DNA of 64,000 nt. Origin: Gammaproteobacteria bacterium. Lineage in GTDB: Bacteria > Pseudomonadota > Gammaproteobacteria > GCA-001735895. The notes beneath the pieces are model-generated. The model worked only from the letters and a program-made list of their open reading frames with translations, did not search any database and was not told the DNA's origin. Position numbers and translations under genes: made by a program. The DNA lies in NCBI GenBank assembly GCA_050298595.1, contig JBNKUM010000115.1, positions 1-64,000 on the forward strand, written 5' to 3'. This document shows positions 51,936-61,257 of this stretch, piece after piece (position 1 is the first letter of the stretch; each line of letters starts with the position of its first letter).

Positions 51936-54900
51936 ATGTCAGGGACAAAAAAATTTCTAATAATAGCCTTTTATTCATTGCTTTTAGTGGGCTGTGGTGG
52001 TGGCTCTTCTAACACTGATGATAGTTTCTCACATAGCTCATTCGAGTTTTCATTTAATGGCACTAATTCCAAAGCGGTTCTGGATAAGGAGAACGCCTCT
52101 AACTTCCTTGCTTCAATTTTTTTAAGTGGTTTTATCCTGACGGAAGATTCCCTCGCAACTTCTAGCAGTGCACACTCAGATGTATCATCCTATCTAGCGC
52201 CTGGAAACTTTACTGGATTAAAGTTGGATAAAACTCGCTATGCTTCCAGGGGTGGTAGCATTTCAAACAAAATAATTGATACTGAGGACCATTCTTGCAA
52301 TTCCAGCGGACATTACAGTATCAAGTACTTCAGTAGTTCTACAACAGAATACCAAATGAGGATAGAGTACGTTAACTGTATTGAAGGAATGACAGGTGAA
52401 TTAAATGGAATAATCAATATCTCCTATGTACATGAATTATACGATGGACAGCCAGCCTATTATCCCAGTTCAGGGAAGATGACTTACTCGAATTTTTCAG
52501 TAAATACTGGTGTAAACAGGATTGAGGTAACTGGAAGTGTAGATATGACATTCCTGAACTATTGTCCCCAGGTGTATGTACATAACTTAATTATTCGTAA
52601 CACTTCAACGTTGGAACAAACCAGATATGAGAATCTTACGACTAATGTCTCATGTAATAATCAATACACCATGGAAGGTAGAATTTACAGTTCCAACTTT
52701 GGGTATATAGATGTCAGTACTCAGAAACCACTTGAATATTCACGAGATAACCAGCTTATATTTCCTGATATCGATGGAAACCTGAAGCTAAGCGGAAAAA
52801 ATTCTTTAGTCGAAGTAGATTTCAGTAGTGCATGGCATGAAAACTCAGAAACAATCACATATATCAGCCCAAATTACTATGGAGTTTTACCTACAACTAC
52901 CTTTCGTTTTGATCTAGATGGTGACCATAGTAACGATTATATTTTAAGCAGTCCAACTGAATACGCACTCCCTTTTTTCACTGGCGGAACTTTCCTTGAT
53001 TCTGATGGCGATAAAATGCTGGATATATGGGAAGACTTTTATGGGCTTGATCGGTATAACCCAGATGATGCGGATATAGATTCGGACAGTGATGGATACT
53101 CCAACTACGGAGAATATATCGGTTTTGGACATCCTCGCGATTCTCTCATTCCCCCAGAATTCAAAGGAACAGCCACCACATTTATTGAGTCAGATAATTC
53201 AGCTGATGTTAGAAAAGGGCAGGATTTGACATTAAATTTAAAGACTCAAATCAATAGTGAAAAACTACCTGGCTCATATTTTCTGAAAGTTCAAGTTTCT
53301 GAAAATGCAGAATTCATTCAACCGTCAAATGACCAATGTGCAGAATATTATTTAGAGAATTCCAAGAAAGTTTGCTTGCTGAAACTAAGTGTTGCATACA
53401 GTAACGGAACTAATGAACGTACTAGCATGTACAAACTAATCATCCAGTCATTAGATGAGACACCCATAGACTACGTGATCGAACCCGACTATGGGTACTT
53501 CAGTAATCAAAACTATGGGGAACCGGAATTATCAAGCACAATCACATTCCAGAAGCGATTGTCGGATCTAGAGTTAACTTATTTCTCTCCTACTACATCT
53601 TACAAATTTGACCACCTGACTGTCGGCCAGATTGAGCTGCGAGAAATTGAATTCGCAAACAATGGTCCAGACCAGGCTAATAACGTAGTAATTCGGGTAA
53701 CTTTCCCTCCTGAAATATCAGTAGAATCAGCATATATGACCTTTGAGCAAGCCTACCTGCGGTGGCAAGATTGTGAGGTTATGAATAACCAGGTTATATG
53801 TAGGTTGGATCAGCTTCCCAGCACAGGCTGGAACAATGAAGGGACGATACGAATCAATGAACAAGCGAACACTGATGGTCTCTCAACGGTATATGCTAAG
53901 ATCGAATCTGATTCTGTAGAGGTTACTAATGACAACAACCTGAATTCTACCGAAGTATTCCTCGGGAACTCTTTAGACACTATACAGCCTTTAATCGACC
54001 AGGCCGAACCAGGCGATACTGTTTTAATACCTCAAGGTTATTATACTGGAGGATCATTAATGGTTGATGGTAAAGCACTTCATCTTTACTCGGAAAATGG
54101 GCTCGGCTCAGTAAAAATCGGCAGATATGGAGCCTCGTTCTTAAATGAAGGAAAGATTGTGATTTTGGACCCAGAAACAGGGTCTACGATTAATGGGTTT
54201 ATCTTTATTGGCCCGGTGCTAACTATTTCGGGTACAGTAACAGTTTCAAACAATAAGTTTTATTCGAATTTTTATTCAGCTGCTGCTGACAATTCGATTG
54301 ATGATTGCTCCCCGAGCATGTTTCAAATAAACCCTACCCTGAATTCAGTAATTGAAAAAAATTACTTTGATTGTACTTTAATAGAAGCCCATGAATATGA
54401 TTGGTATGATGGACATACTGATTTAACTATTCGAAACAACATATTCAATACTAACCCTAATACTGGGACTTCCTTGGACACATCGGCTTTCATTTATTTT
54501 ACAGGCGTTGGTATGTATAACACGGAAAAAAACGGCGTCGTTAATATCATTAACAATACGTTTCTTAATTCTGACAACCCAGCTTTATTCACTATTCCTG
54601 GAGCGAATATGGGGAACATATCTGAGATTAAGAATAATATTTTTTATAATGTTGCAAAACCGATAGTCCATACTGGATCATATGAAACAGAGTTTTCAAT
54701 AGAGGGGAACATCTTCGGAGCTTATAACGAAATATTACCTAACTTGCCACCTTCTAATCTATTCGGAGATCCTCAAATAGATCCGGTCAGTTTCTATCCT
54801 CTTCAGAATTCTATAGTCATTGACAGCGGAGTATCTATTTCGGGATTGATCTCAGATTATCTTGGGAATATCAGGCCACGCGATGGAAACAATGATGGAA

Positions 54901-54938
54901 ACCCTGAAATTGACATTGGTGCGATCGAACTACAATAA
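51936..54938 (+). CDS. Large surface lipoprotein (Ca-binding Asp repeats, DUF11-like Ig domain, beta-helix, choice-of-anchor Q-like tail)
   Basis: Lipobox LVGC-GGG; DSDGDKMLDIWE..DSDSDGYSN; NNGPDQANNVVI; Asn-rich repeats; C-terminus DYLGNIRPRDGNNDG..DIGAIE. Confidence 0.82.
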   Translation: MSGTKKFLIIAFYSLLLVGCGGGSSNTDDSFSHSSFEFSFNGTNSKAVLDKENASNFLASIFLSGFILTEDSLATSSSAHSDVSSYLAPGNFTGLKLDKTRYASRGGSISNKIIDTEDHSCNSSGHYSIKYFSSSTTEYQMRIEYVNCIEGMTGELNGIINISYVHELYDGQPAYYPSSGKMTYSNFSVNTGVNRIEVTGSVDMTFLNYCPQVYVHNLIIRNTSTLEQTRYENLTTNVSCNNQYTMEGRIYSSNFGYIDVSTQKPLEYSRDNQLIFPDIDGNLKLSGKNSLVEVDFSSAWHENSETITYISPNYYGVLPTTTFRFDLDGDHSNDYILSSPTEYALPFFTGGTFLDSDGDKMLDIWEDFYGLDRYNPDDADIDSDSDGYSNYGEYIGFGHPRDSLIPPEFKGTATTFIESDNSADVRKGQDLTLNLKTQINSEKLPGSYFLKVQVSENAEFIQPSNDQCAEYYLENSKKVCLLKLSVAYSNGTNERTSMYKLIIQSLDETPIDYVIEPDYGYFSNQNYGEPELSSTITFQKRLSDLELTYFSPTTSYKFDHLTVGQIELREIEFANNGPDQANNVVIRVTFPPEISVESAYMTFEQAYLRWQDCEVMNNQVICRLDQLPSTGWNNEGTIRINEQANTDGLSTVYAKIESDSVEVTNDNNLNSTEVFLGNSLDTIQPLIDQAEPGDTVLIPQGYYTGGSLMVDGKALHLYSENGLGSVKIGRYGASFLNEGKIVILDPETGSTINGFIFIGPVLTISGTVTVSNNKFYSNFYSAAADNSIDDCSPSMFQINPTLNSVIEKNYFDCTLIEAHEYDWYDGHTDLTIRNNIFNTNPNTGTSLDTSAFIYFTGVGMYNTEKNGVVNIINNTFLNSDNPALFTIPGANMGNISEIKNNIFYNVAKPIVHTGSYETEFSIEGNIFGAYNEILPNLPPSNLFGDPQIDPVSFYPLQNSIVIDSGVSISGLISDYLGNIRPRDGNNDGNPEIDIGAIELQ

Positions 54939-55057
54939 GTAGTCGACCCTGAAAAATACTACAACCTATTGATAATATTGAATAAACTTGTGAAAACAGG
55001 TGATTAAAACGACCAGGAAAAGTAAAATAAGTCCTTAAACACTATACAAGGGACCTT

Positions 55058-56259
55058 GGAGCACCTGGCAAATCGATTCGTTTAATGGTTGGTTTATTAC
55101 TTTTAAAACAACTGGAAAACTTAAGTGATGAAGAAGCTGTCGTGCAGTGGAAACGTAATCCCTACTACCAGTCGTTTTGTGGCATGACAGAGTATCGGCC
55201 CAAAATACCCTGCGATAGTACCGGACTGGTTCATTTCAGAAAGCGCATAGGCAAACAGGGTGTTGAAAAAATATTCCAGATGAGTGTTGCTCTGCATGGA
55301 AGAGCTGCCCTGGAAAATAACGTCAACATCGATACGACTGTACACGACTGCAAGGATGCAGGAGGTAGAGCGAAGCAGGAAGCCAGAGCCGAGGAAAAAA
55401 ACATCACCTATCCAACGGACGCCAAATTGGCGATCAAGATCGTCAATCGTTTAAACAAGCTGGCTAAATTTCATGGTAATCAGCAAAGGCGAACCTTCGT
55501 TAAAGAAGTCAAAAATCTACGTCTGTCGATCCGTCATTTCCGTCATGTTAAAAAAAGAGCAAAAGCGAAAAAAGCACTGAAGCGTTTAAGAACCATTGCC
55601 CATATTCTCATGCGTGAATTGAGAAGAAAACTACCTCAACCCTGTCTTTTTGAATGCCACCAAAAAGACTTTTTATTTTATGAACAGGTACTGGCACAAC
55701 AACCCAAAGACAAAAACAAAATTTACTCGTTACACGAGCCACAGGCATACTGTATCGCCAAAGGCAAAGATCACAAGCAGTATGAATATGGCAATAAAGT
55801 CTCTATTGCCAGCACCGCTAAAGGTAACATCATAGTAGGTGCTGTCAGTCATGAATTGAATTTGCATGATAGTCATACTTTGCCGACGTGTTAAACCACA
55901 TCGAAGCCTCACGAGGTAAGGCAGTCAAGACAGCGATCTGCGACCGAGGTTACCGAGGTAAGAGCCGGGTCAATGACACCGTCATCCAGCTACCGAAAAA
56001 GCCACTGAAAAGGGATAATCGTTACCAGCGGGACAAGAAAAGAAAGCAATGCAGGCGGCGGGCCGCTATTGAGCCGATCATCGGTCATTTGAAGAGTGAT
56101 TTTCGGTTATCCAGAAACTTTCTCAAAGGCACTGCTGGAGATGAAATAAATCTGCTGATGGCCGCAACTGCCTGGAACCTGAGAAAATGGCTAACAGCCT
56201 TTTTTTGGCCATTATTTTTGTGGCTAAAAATCAGATTTAACACCGTGTGTAGCAATTGA
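55058..56259 (+). pseudogene. IS5-family DDE transposase pseudogene
   Basis: IRLMVGLLLLKQLENLSDE, IDTTV..EKNITYPTD, KIYSLHEP, DRGYRG, RAAIEPIIGHLK; N-terminus deleted, frameshift near 55888. Confidence 0.9.
55345..55392. repeat. 48-bp REP-like in-frame insertion within the transposase
   Basis: Removing CGACTGCAAGGATGCAGGAGGTAGAGCGAAGCAGGAAGCCAGAGCCGA restores GTA CAG GAA AAA, giving the family motif DTTVQEKN. Confidence 0.85.
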
Positions 56260-56465
56260 GCGCAGAGGCAGCCGGATATTTTGAATATATCTAATCACCT
56301 TGAGAGTTAAAATTTACTCATAATACCTTTTCAGGAACGAGTAAGTATTTATTGAAACTGACTATGCGAAAAGCATATTAAGAGGGAGTGAAATCAACAA
56401 ACACTTTTTTTATATATTTCTATCTATGTACAGCATAAGACTAAATTAAAACCGTAACAAAATTA

Positions 56466-56495
56466 AATAACCTCCGGCAGAGTCGGAGGTTTATT
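56466..56495. terminator. Palindrome AACCTCCG-N7-CGGAGGTT (terminator of the tautomerase gene or a REP-like remnant)
   Basis: Stem-loop about 20 bp downstream of the tautomerase stop codon. Confidence 0.5.
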
Positions 56496-56515
56496 GAGTT
56501 CCCATAATCAAAAGC

Positions 56516-56899
56516 TCAAACATCAACCTTATAATTCAACATAGCCTCATCTCCGGTAATACCTCTAAATCCCCAGTTACACGCTGGGGATTCAAAGATC
56601 GTAATCTCAACATCAACAGGCTTGATGCCAATCTCAGATTCAATACGCTCAAATAATAGATGTATCAAATTCTTCCTGGCTTCTACAGAGCGACCTTGCA
56701 TCATAGAAATCTCTATTACTGTGTAGGCATCACTTCTCCCCTCAGGGTAAAAGAAATCTTCTTTATTCATCGGAAAAAACCGATGCGCTCGCTTGTTTTC
56801 CGGAAAGGATAAAGCCTCAACCATACATTGGTTGATTACGTTTGAAAGTTGACCCTTTACTGGATTTAAATGATCTTTGATCCCATATATTCGAATCAT
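56516..56899 (-). CDS. Tautomerase-family protein
   Basis: GRSDAYTVIEISMMQGRS and NWGFRG..GDE..LNYKV. Confidence 0.85.
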   Translation of the reverse strand: MIRIYGIKDHLNPVKGQLSNVINQCMVEALSFPENKRAHRFFPMNKEDFFYPEGRSDAYTVIEISMMQGRSVEARKNLIHLLFERIESEIGIKPVDVEITIFESPACNWGFRGITGDEAMLNYKVDV

Positions 56900-56914
56900 A
56901 TGTCCTCTGTTAAT

Positions 56915-57406
56915 TTAATTCTGTGCCAATACTATTTTTAACACATGCATTTGTTTACGCAGATCTGCACCGACCACATCACTCACGCTTTGAGCATTGG
57001 ACTGTACCGTAAAACCTGCATCTGATAAACGTTCAACCATTTGTTCGGGCGTAACCTCTGCCACTAATGCCAGTGTTGTCAAGGGTGCCGAGGATAGTGA
57101 TTTTACTGACTGCATAAACGCTGGCTCACCACCCACATCACCGACAGGAATAAAACTTAACGCTAGCAGTAGCGCAAAACCGCCAATAAATATCTGACCT
57201 TTAGGTGCAGTCAGATAACGTTTAAAACCTGTAAAATTTGATACCATATGTAATCCAACACCTAACACCAGTAACCAGCTTAACCATTCATGTGCCGTTT
57301 TGTTGATACCGCTATCAATATGAAAGAACATCAGTATACCGGTAACCGCTGTCAGCAGGAATGCACCTGCTGTTAATGGAGTGGCCCATTCACGTTTGAT
57401 TTTCAT
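56915..57406 (-). CDS. DUF4405-like membrane protein
   Basis: AVTGILMFFH, AHEWLSW, LHMVSNF: His-bearing TM helices. Confidence 0.75.
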   Translation of the reverse strand: MKIKREWATPLTAGAFLLTAVTGILMFFHIDSGINKTAHEWLSWLLVLGVGLHMVSNFTGFKRYLTAPKGQIFIGGFALLLALSFIPVGDVGGEPAFMQSVKSLSSAPLTTLALVAEVTPEQMVERLSDAGFTVQSNAQSVSDVVGADLRKQMHVLKIVLAQN

Positions 57407-57440
57407 TTTGTATAATCCTGATTAAAATAATCTAAAAATA

Positions 57441-57468
57441 AAAAAGCAGCCCGCTTCAACGGGCTGCT
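57441..57468 (-). terminator. Intrinsic terminator after the secreted-protein gene
   Basis: AGCAGCCCG/CGGGCTGCT stem plus a T run on the minus strand. Confidence 0.8.
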
Positions 57469-57479
57469 GAGTAAAACCT

Positions 57480-57899
57480 TTATTGCTGCATGAAGCCTGC
57501 ACGGGCACCACGACCAGCTCCAACCGGACGACCTGTGTTACGATCGATCTCCATCTCACGAACCAACGAATCATCTAGCGTAACGATCTTTACCAGATAA
57601 GTAGTAGCATCCTTTTCTGTAACACTTCCCACCTTAAGACGATCATTACCGTGCCTGATTAAACGCGCCTGCATCAGAATTTTGGCTTCATCGATAGACA
57701 GGTCAAGATCCTGCCGCATGAAACGACCTTTATGGCCTTTTGGTCCGTTCTGCTTCATACGCATAGGCATTCCATTGGTCATACCTGATTGATTACAATA
57801 ACCACGCTGTCCACCCCAATTCGCATTGGCGTTAACCGCAGTAAAACCGACCAGACCTGTCACTAAGGTAATCATTGTGATTTTGGCTATTTTGTTCAT
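57480..57899 (-). CDS. Secreted Gly/Met-rich protein with a PepSY-like C-terminal domain
   Basis: Signal peptide ending ANA; Met/Gly/His-rich linker; LKVGSV..IVTLDDSLVREMEIDRNTG. Confidence 0.75.
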   Translation of the reverse strand: MNKIAKITMITLVTGLVGFTAVNANANWGGQRGYCNQSGMTNGMPMRMKQNGPKGHKGRFMRQDLDLSIDEAKILMQARLIRHGNDRLKVGSVTEKDATTYLVKIVTLDDSLVREMEIDRNTGRPVGAGRGARAGFMQQ

Positions 57900-58080
57900 C
57901 TTTCAATCCTCATGTTCAGTTGATGTCGTTGTTTGACGTGAGCATTACAATACTTTCCTGTGTCTGAGTTATGTCAAAATCAGCCTTGTTGGTAACAGTT
58001 TGTGTCACTTTCACGAGTTGACACACAATGTCACAAAGTAATGTTTCTGTACGCAAGACAATACACGTAGAATTACCCTC

Positions 58081-58815
58081 ATGGATAATCAGCCACATAT
58101 ATTAATTGTTGATGATCACCTGGAGATCCGCGAACTCTTACAGCGCTTTCTCACCGATCATAACTACCGTGCCAGCACGGCAGAAAACGGTGCGAGCATG
58201 AAAAAGATTCTGGCCGATGCAAATATTGATCTCATCGTACTGGACCTGATGATGCCGGGTGAGGATGGCCTGACACTATGCCGTAACCTGCGCGCTAAAT
58301 CGAATATCCCGGTGATTATGCTCACTGCTATGGGTGAAGAAACCGACCGCATTATCGGTCTGGAAATGGGCGCAGATGATTATCTGGCGAAACCTTTTAA
58401 TCCGCGTGAATTACTGGCACGAATCAAGGCGGTGCTGCGCCGCAGCGATAATGTATTAACCCTCCAGCCACAACAAACACCTGAACAACTGCGTTTTTTA
58501 GGATGGACTTTGCTACCCGGTTCACGTGAATTAATCGACCCTGATCAAATTCTGGTGCCCTTAAGTACGGCTGAATTTTCGCTGCTGATGGCTTTTGTAG
58601 TACGACCCGGCCGCGTACTCAATCGTGATCAGTTACTCGATCTTGCGCGTGGCAGAGATACACACGCATTTGACCGTGCGATTGATACACTGGTCAGCCG
58701 TCTGCGTCGTAAACTGGGCGATGACCCCAAAACCCCACAGATCATTAAAACCATCCGTGGTGATGGCTATATGTTCGCGGTAGAAGTAGAGACAGATCAT
58801 GCGCCTTTGGCCTGA
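58081..58815 (+). CDS. OmpR-family response regulator
   Basis: IVDD, LDLMMPGEDG, GADDYLAKPF, DRAIDTLVSRLRRKL. Confidence 0.95.
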   Translation: MDNQPHILIVDDHLEIRELLQRFLTDHNYRASTAENGASMKKILADANIDLIVLDLMMPGEDGLTLCRNLRAKSNIPVIMLTAMGEETDRIIGLEMGADDYLAKPFNPRELLARIKAVLRRSDNVLTLQPQQTPEQLRFLGWTLLPGSRELIDPDQILVPLSTAEFSLLMAFVVRPGRVLNRDQLLDLARGRDTHAFDRAIDTLVSRLRRKLGDDPKTPQIIKTIRGDGYMFAVEVETDHAPLA

Positions 58816-60127
58816 TACTCTCGCGGCCAGGATTCTGGCATTACTACTTAGCATGACACTACTACTGGTAGTGATCAGCGCCATCATTATGCAGGATGCT
58901 CGAATTGAAATCTTTGATGAACGCAATCGTGTGCATCTGATGGATAAAATTACGACCCTGGTACGTTTATTAAACAATGCGGATCAACAACAGCGCCTCG
59001 GTATTATCGAACAGGTAAAAGATGAGACTGATGTAATTTCTTTAACCGCCCAACCTCAGGTAAGCAATCCATCAAGGAACCCAAGAGTATTCAAACTCAA
59101 TGAAAGACTCCGACGTATGCTAAATATACGTAACCCGGCATCGATTCGTATTAACGACTTTCATCAAAGGGCATCTGGCTCGGGTAATTTTGGGCTGCAT
59201 AATCTCGATATCTCTATCCGCCTTAAGGATGGAAGCTGGCTTAATATTCAGAGTAAAACACCTGACAACCTTCCACCCTGGGCCAGTAAAACTCTACAAC
59301 TGTTAGCGCTACTGCTAGTTCTTATAATTGTTAGCGGTTTCATTATCGCTAAACTGATGGCTCGCCCGATGGCAAAACTAGCGGATGCAGCTGACCAGTT
59401 TGGCCTGGGGCATGCTCAAGAACCTTTAGCTGAAACTGGACCGCGCGAAGTTAGACAGACTATCCGCGCTTTTAATCGCATGCAACAACGCCTGCATAAA
59501 CATATTACTGACCGATCATTGATGCTAGCTGCGGTATCACATGATTTGCGTACCCCGATCACCACCCTGAGGCTGCGTGCCGAATACATAGAAGACAGTG
59601 AAATGCGTGAAAAAACACTGGCTACACTGAGTGAAATGGAGGCGATATTGAGCGCCACGCTGAGCTTCTCTCGTGATGAAGCGGCCGATGAAAAAGCCCG
59701 TGCCACCGATCTAGCAGCTTTGATACAGTCTCTGGTGGATGATCACGTAGACCTCGGTGGAGAAGTAAATTATTCCGGCCCTGACAAACTGACTTTCATC
59801 TGCCGACCCATCGCCTTAAAACGCGCCTTGAATAACCTGATCGACAATGCACTCAAGTACGCCGGTGCAACATACGTGACATTAATTGCGCAGCATGACT
59901 CGGTAGAAATTCACATCGATGACAATGGACCGGGAGTACCTGAAGAAAATCTGGAAGAATTATTCACGCCTTTTTTTCGACTGGAAACATCGCGTAATCG
60001 AGGTACCGGAGGCACCGGTCTGGGTCTTGCTGTTGCCAGATCAATCGTTCTGGCGCATGGCGGCGAACTGAAACTGGAAAATCTTGCCGCAGGAGGCTTG
60101 CGCGCGAAAATTAAATTACCCCGATAA
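58799..60127 (+). CDS. Sensor histidine kinase (EnvZ-like, HAMP)
   Basis: SHDLRTP H-box, NLIDNALKY, DNGPG, GTGLGL. Confidence 0.95.
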   Translation: MRLWPDTLAARILALLLSMTLLLVVISAIIMQDARIEIFDERNRVHLMDKITTLVRLLNNADQQQRLGIIEQVKDETDVISLTAQPQVSNPSRNPRVFKLNERLRRMLNIRNPASIRINDFHQRASGSGNFGLHNLDISIRLKDGSWLNIQSKTPDNLPPWASKTLQLLALLLVLIIVSGFIIAKLMARPMAKLADAADQFGLGHAQEPLAETGPREVRQTIRAFNRMQQRLHKHITDRSLMLAAVSHDLRTPITTLRLRAEYIEDSEMREKTLATLSEMEAILSATLSFSRDEAADEKARATDLAALIQSLVDDHVDLGGEVNYSGPDKLTFICRPIALKRALNNLIDNALKYAGATYVTLIAQHDSVEIHIDDNGPGVPEENLEELFTPFFRLETSRNRGTGGTGLGLAVARSIVLAHGGELKLENLAAGGLRAKIKLPR

Positions 60128-60149
60128 TGCTCAGCTATCTTGCTGACAC

Positions 60150-61097
60150 TTATCCTACCCCAAACCAGAAGTTATTGTCTTTTAACAAAAACTCGTCATA
60201 GGGTACGTAATGCGAACCGTCGCAGGAAAAATTTAAACCCACTTTGCCATTGACGATATTCAATGAAGCCGAGCGTAGATAAATCGTTTCATCGGCGAAG
60301 CGGAGCTTTTTAAACTGTGCAAACACTTCGGGAATTTTATCTTCACTGACAGTGGCCCGCTCAAAGTAATCGCATTTGGGAAACGCCAGGCACAGGCTGG
60401 CATTGGTTAACTCATCAATATTTAGAATCTGATAATCATAGGGATTGTCTACCAGCCATACCGTGGCACGGCTACTGGAAAAGTGAAACTTGGCGTGAAA
60501 TACGCCATGTGCAATCATCAACTCCTGCATCAATGACATGACATCGTCAATCTTCTCATCCATCGCACTTAACACACGTTGCTGAGCAAACAGGCCACCA
60601 CGAATCGCAGGGTCACCTTTCATTTGCTGCCAACCCTTACGATCTAGATTCAACGATGCGGTATTAGGCAATTCACGCAAGTCAAAATCCGCTCCCAGAA
60701 ACCCGATGGTATCGCCAGCCTCATCAACAATGGTTTGTACCGAGGTTAATGAAGGACGTTTACGGTTGCGACTGATATAAGCCTCAGACAGATAGAAATG
60801 ATCGCCTTTAAGTGCTCGCTGCATATAAGGTCGAGCGGCCCTGTCTCGCCCTAACTGTTCTACTTTCCTATGACTACGAGCCACAGTTGCGGTAATCTGA
60901 TGTGCAGTATGGTCCAGCACCCAGAGGTATTTGCATAGACTGGATTTGTGAACATGCTCATCCAGTAAATCATCCAGCGCGTTGGGGTCATGCATGACAG
61001 CGGCACATTTCTGCGCCAGAACAAACATATTATCGTAAAGAAACTCTTTCAGTATCTGACGTTGCTTTTCGATCTGAACGAGGATAGAAGTACTCAT
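60150..61097 (-). CDS. Cytoplasmic PDC/Cache-like sensor-domain protein with an uncharacterised C-terminal domain
   Basis: GRDRAARPYM, LSEAYIS..RPSLT, GFLGADF; no TM segment or signal peptide; C-terminal FSCDGSHY. Confidence 0.75.
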   Translation of the reverse strand: MSTSILVQIEKQRQILKEFLYDNMFVLAQKCAAVMHDPNALDDLLDEHVHKSSLCKYLWVLDHTAHQITATVARSHRKVEQLGRDRAARPYMQRALKGDHFYLSEAYISRNRKRPSLTSVQTIVDEAGDTIGFLGADFDLRELPNTASLNLDRKGWQQMKGDPAIRGGLFAQQRVLSAMDEKIDDVMSLMQELMIAHGVFHAKFHFSSSRATVWLVDNPYDYQILNIDELTNASLCLAFPKCDYFERATVSEDKIPEVFAQFKKLRFADETIYLRSASLNIVNGKVGLNFSCDGSHYVPYDEFLLKDNNFWFGVG

Positions 61098-61257
61098 ATT
61101 AAGCGGAATTCAGTATTAATAACCGCCTTATAATAGCAAGCAACGGCGATTTCTGTGTCATATTTTCATCCGCACAATTTCGAGCCGAAGCTATCTACAT
61201 GCCACTTAACGCATGTATAATTGATGGCTTTGATTGAACACAGACTTAAGATATCCA

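Larger units (their letters stand above)
54942..56341 (+). mobile_element. Decayed IS5-family insertion sequence with a 6-bp target-site duplication
   Basis: Imperfect terminal IRs GTCGACCCTGAAAA and (reverse complement) CTCGTTCCTGAAAA; flanking TAAGTA at 54936-54941 and 56342-56347. Confidence 0.88.

Noticed and set aside
55880-55900. Programmed frameshift joining the two IS5 ORFs
   Set aside because: No slippery A-run at the junction and the N-terminus is also deleted, so decay is the simpler explanation.
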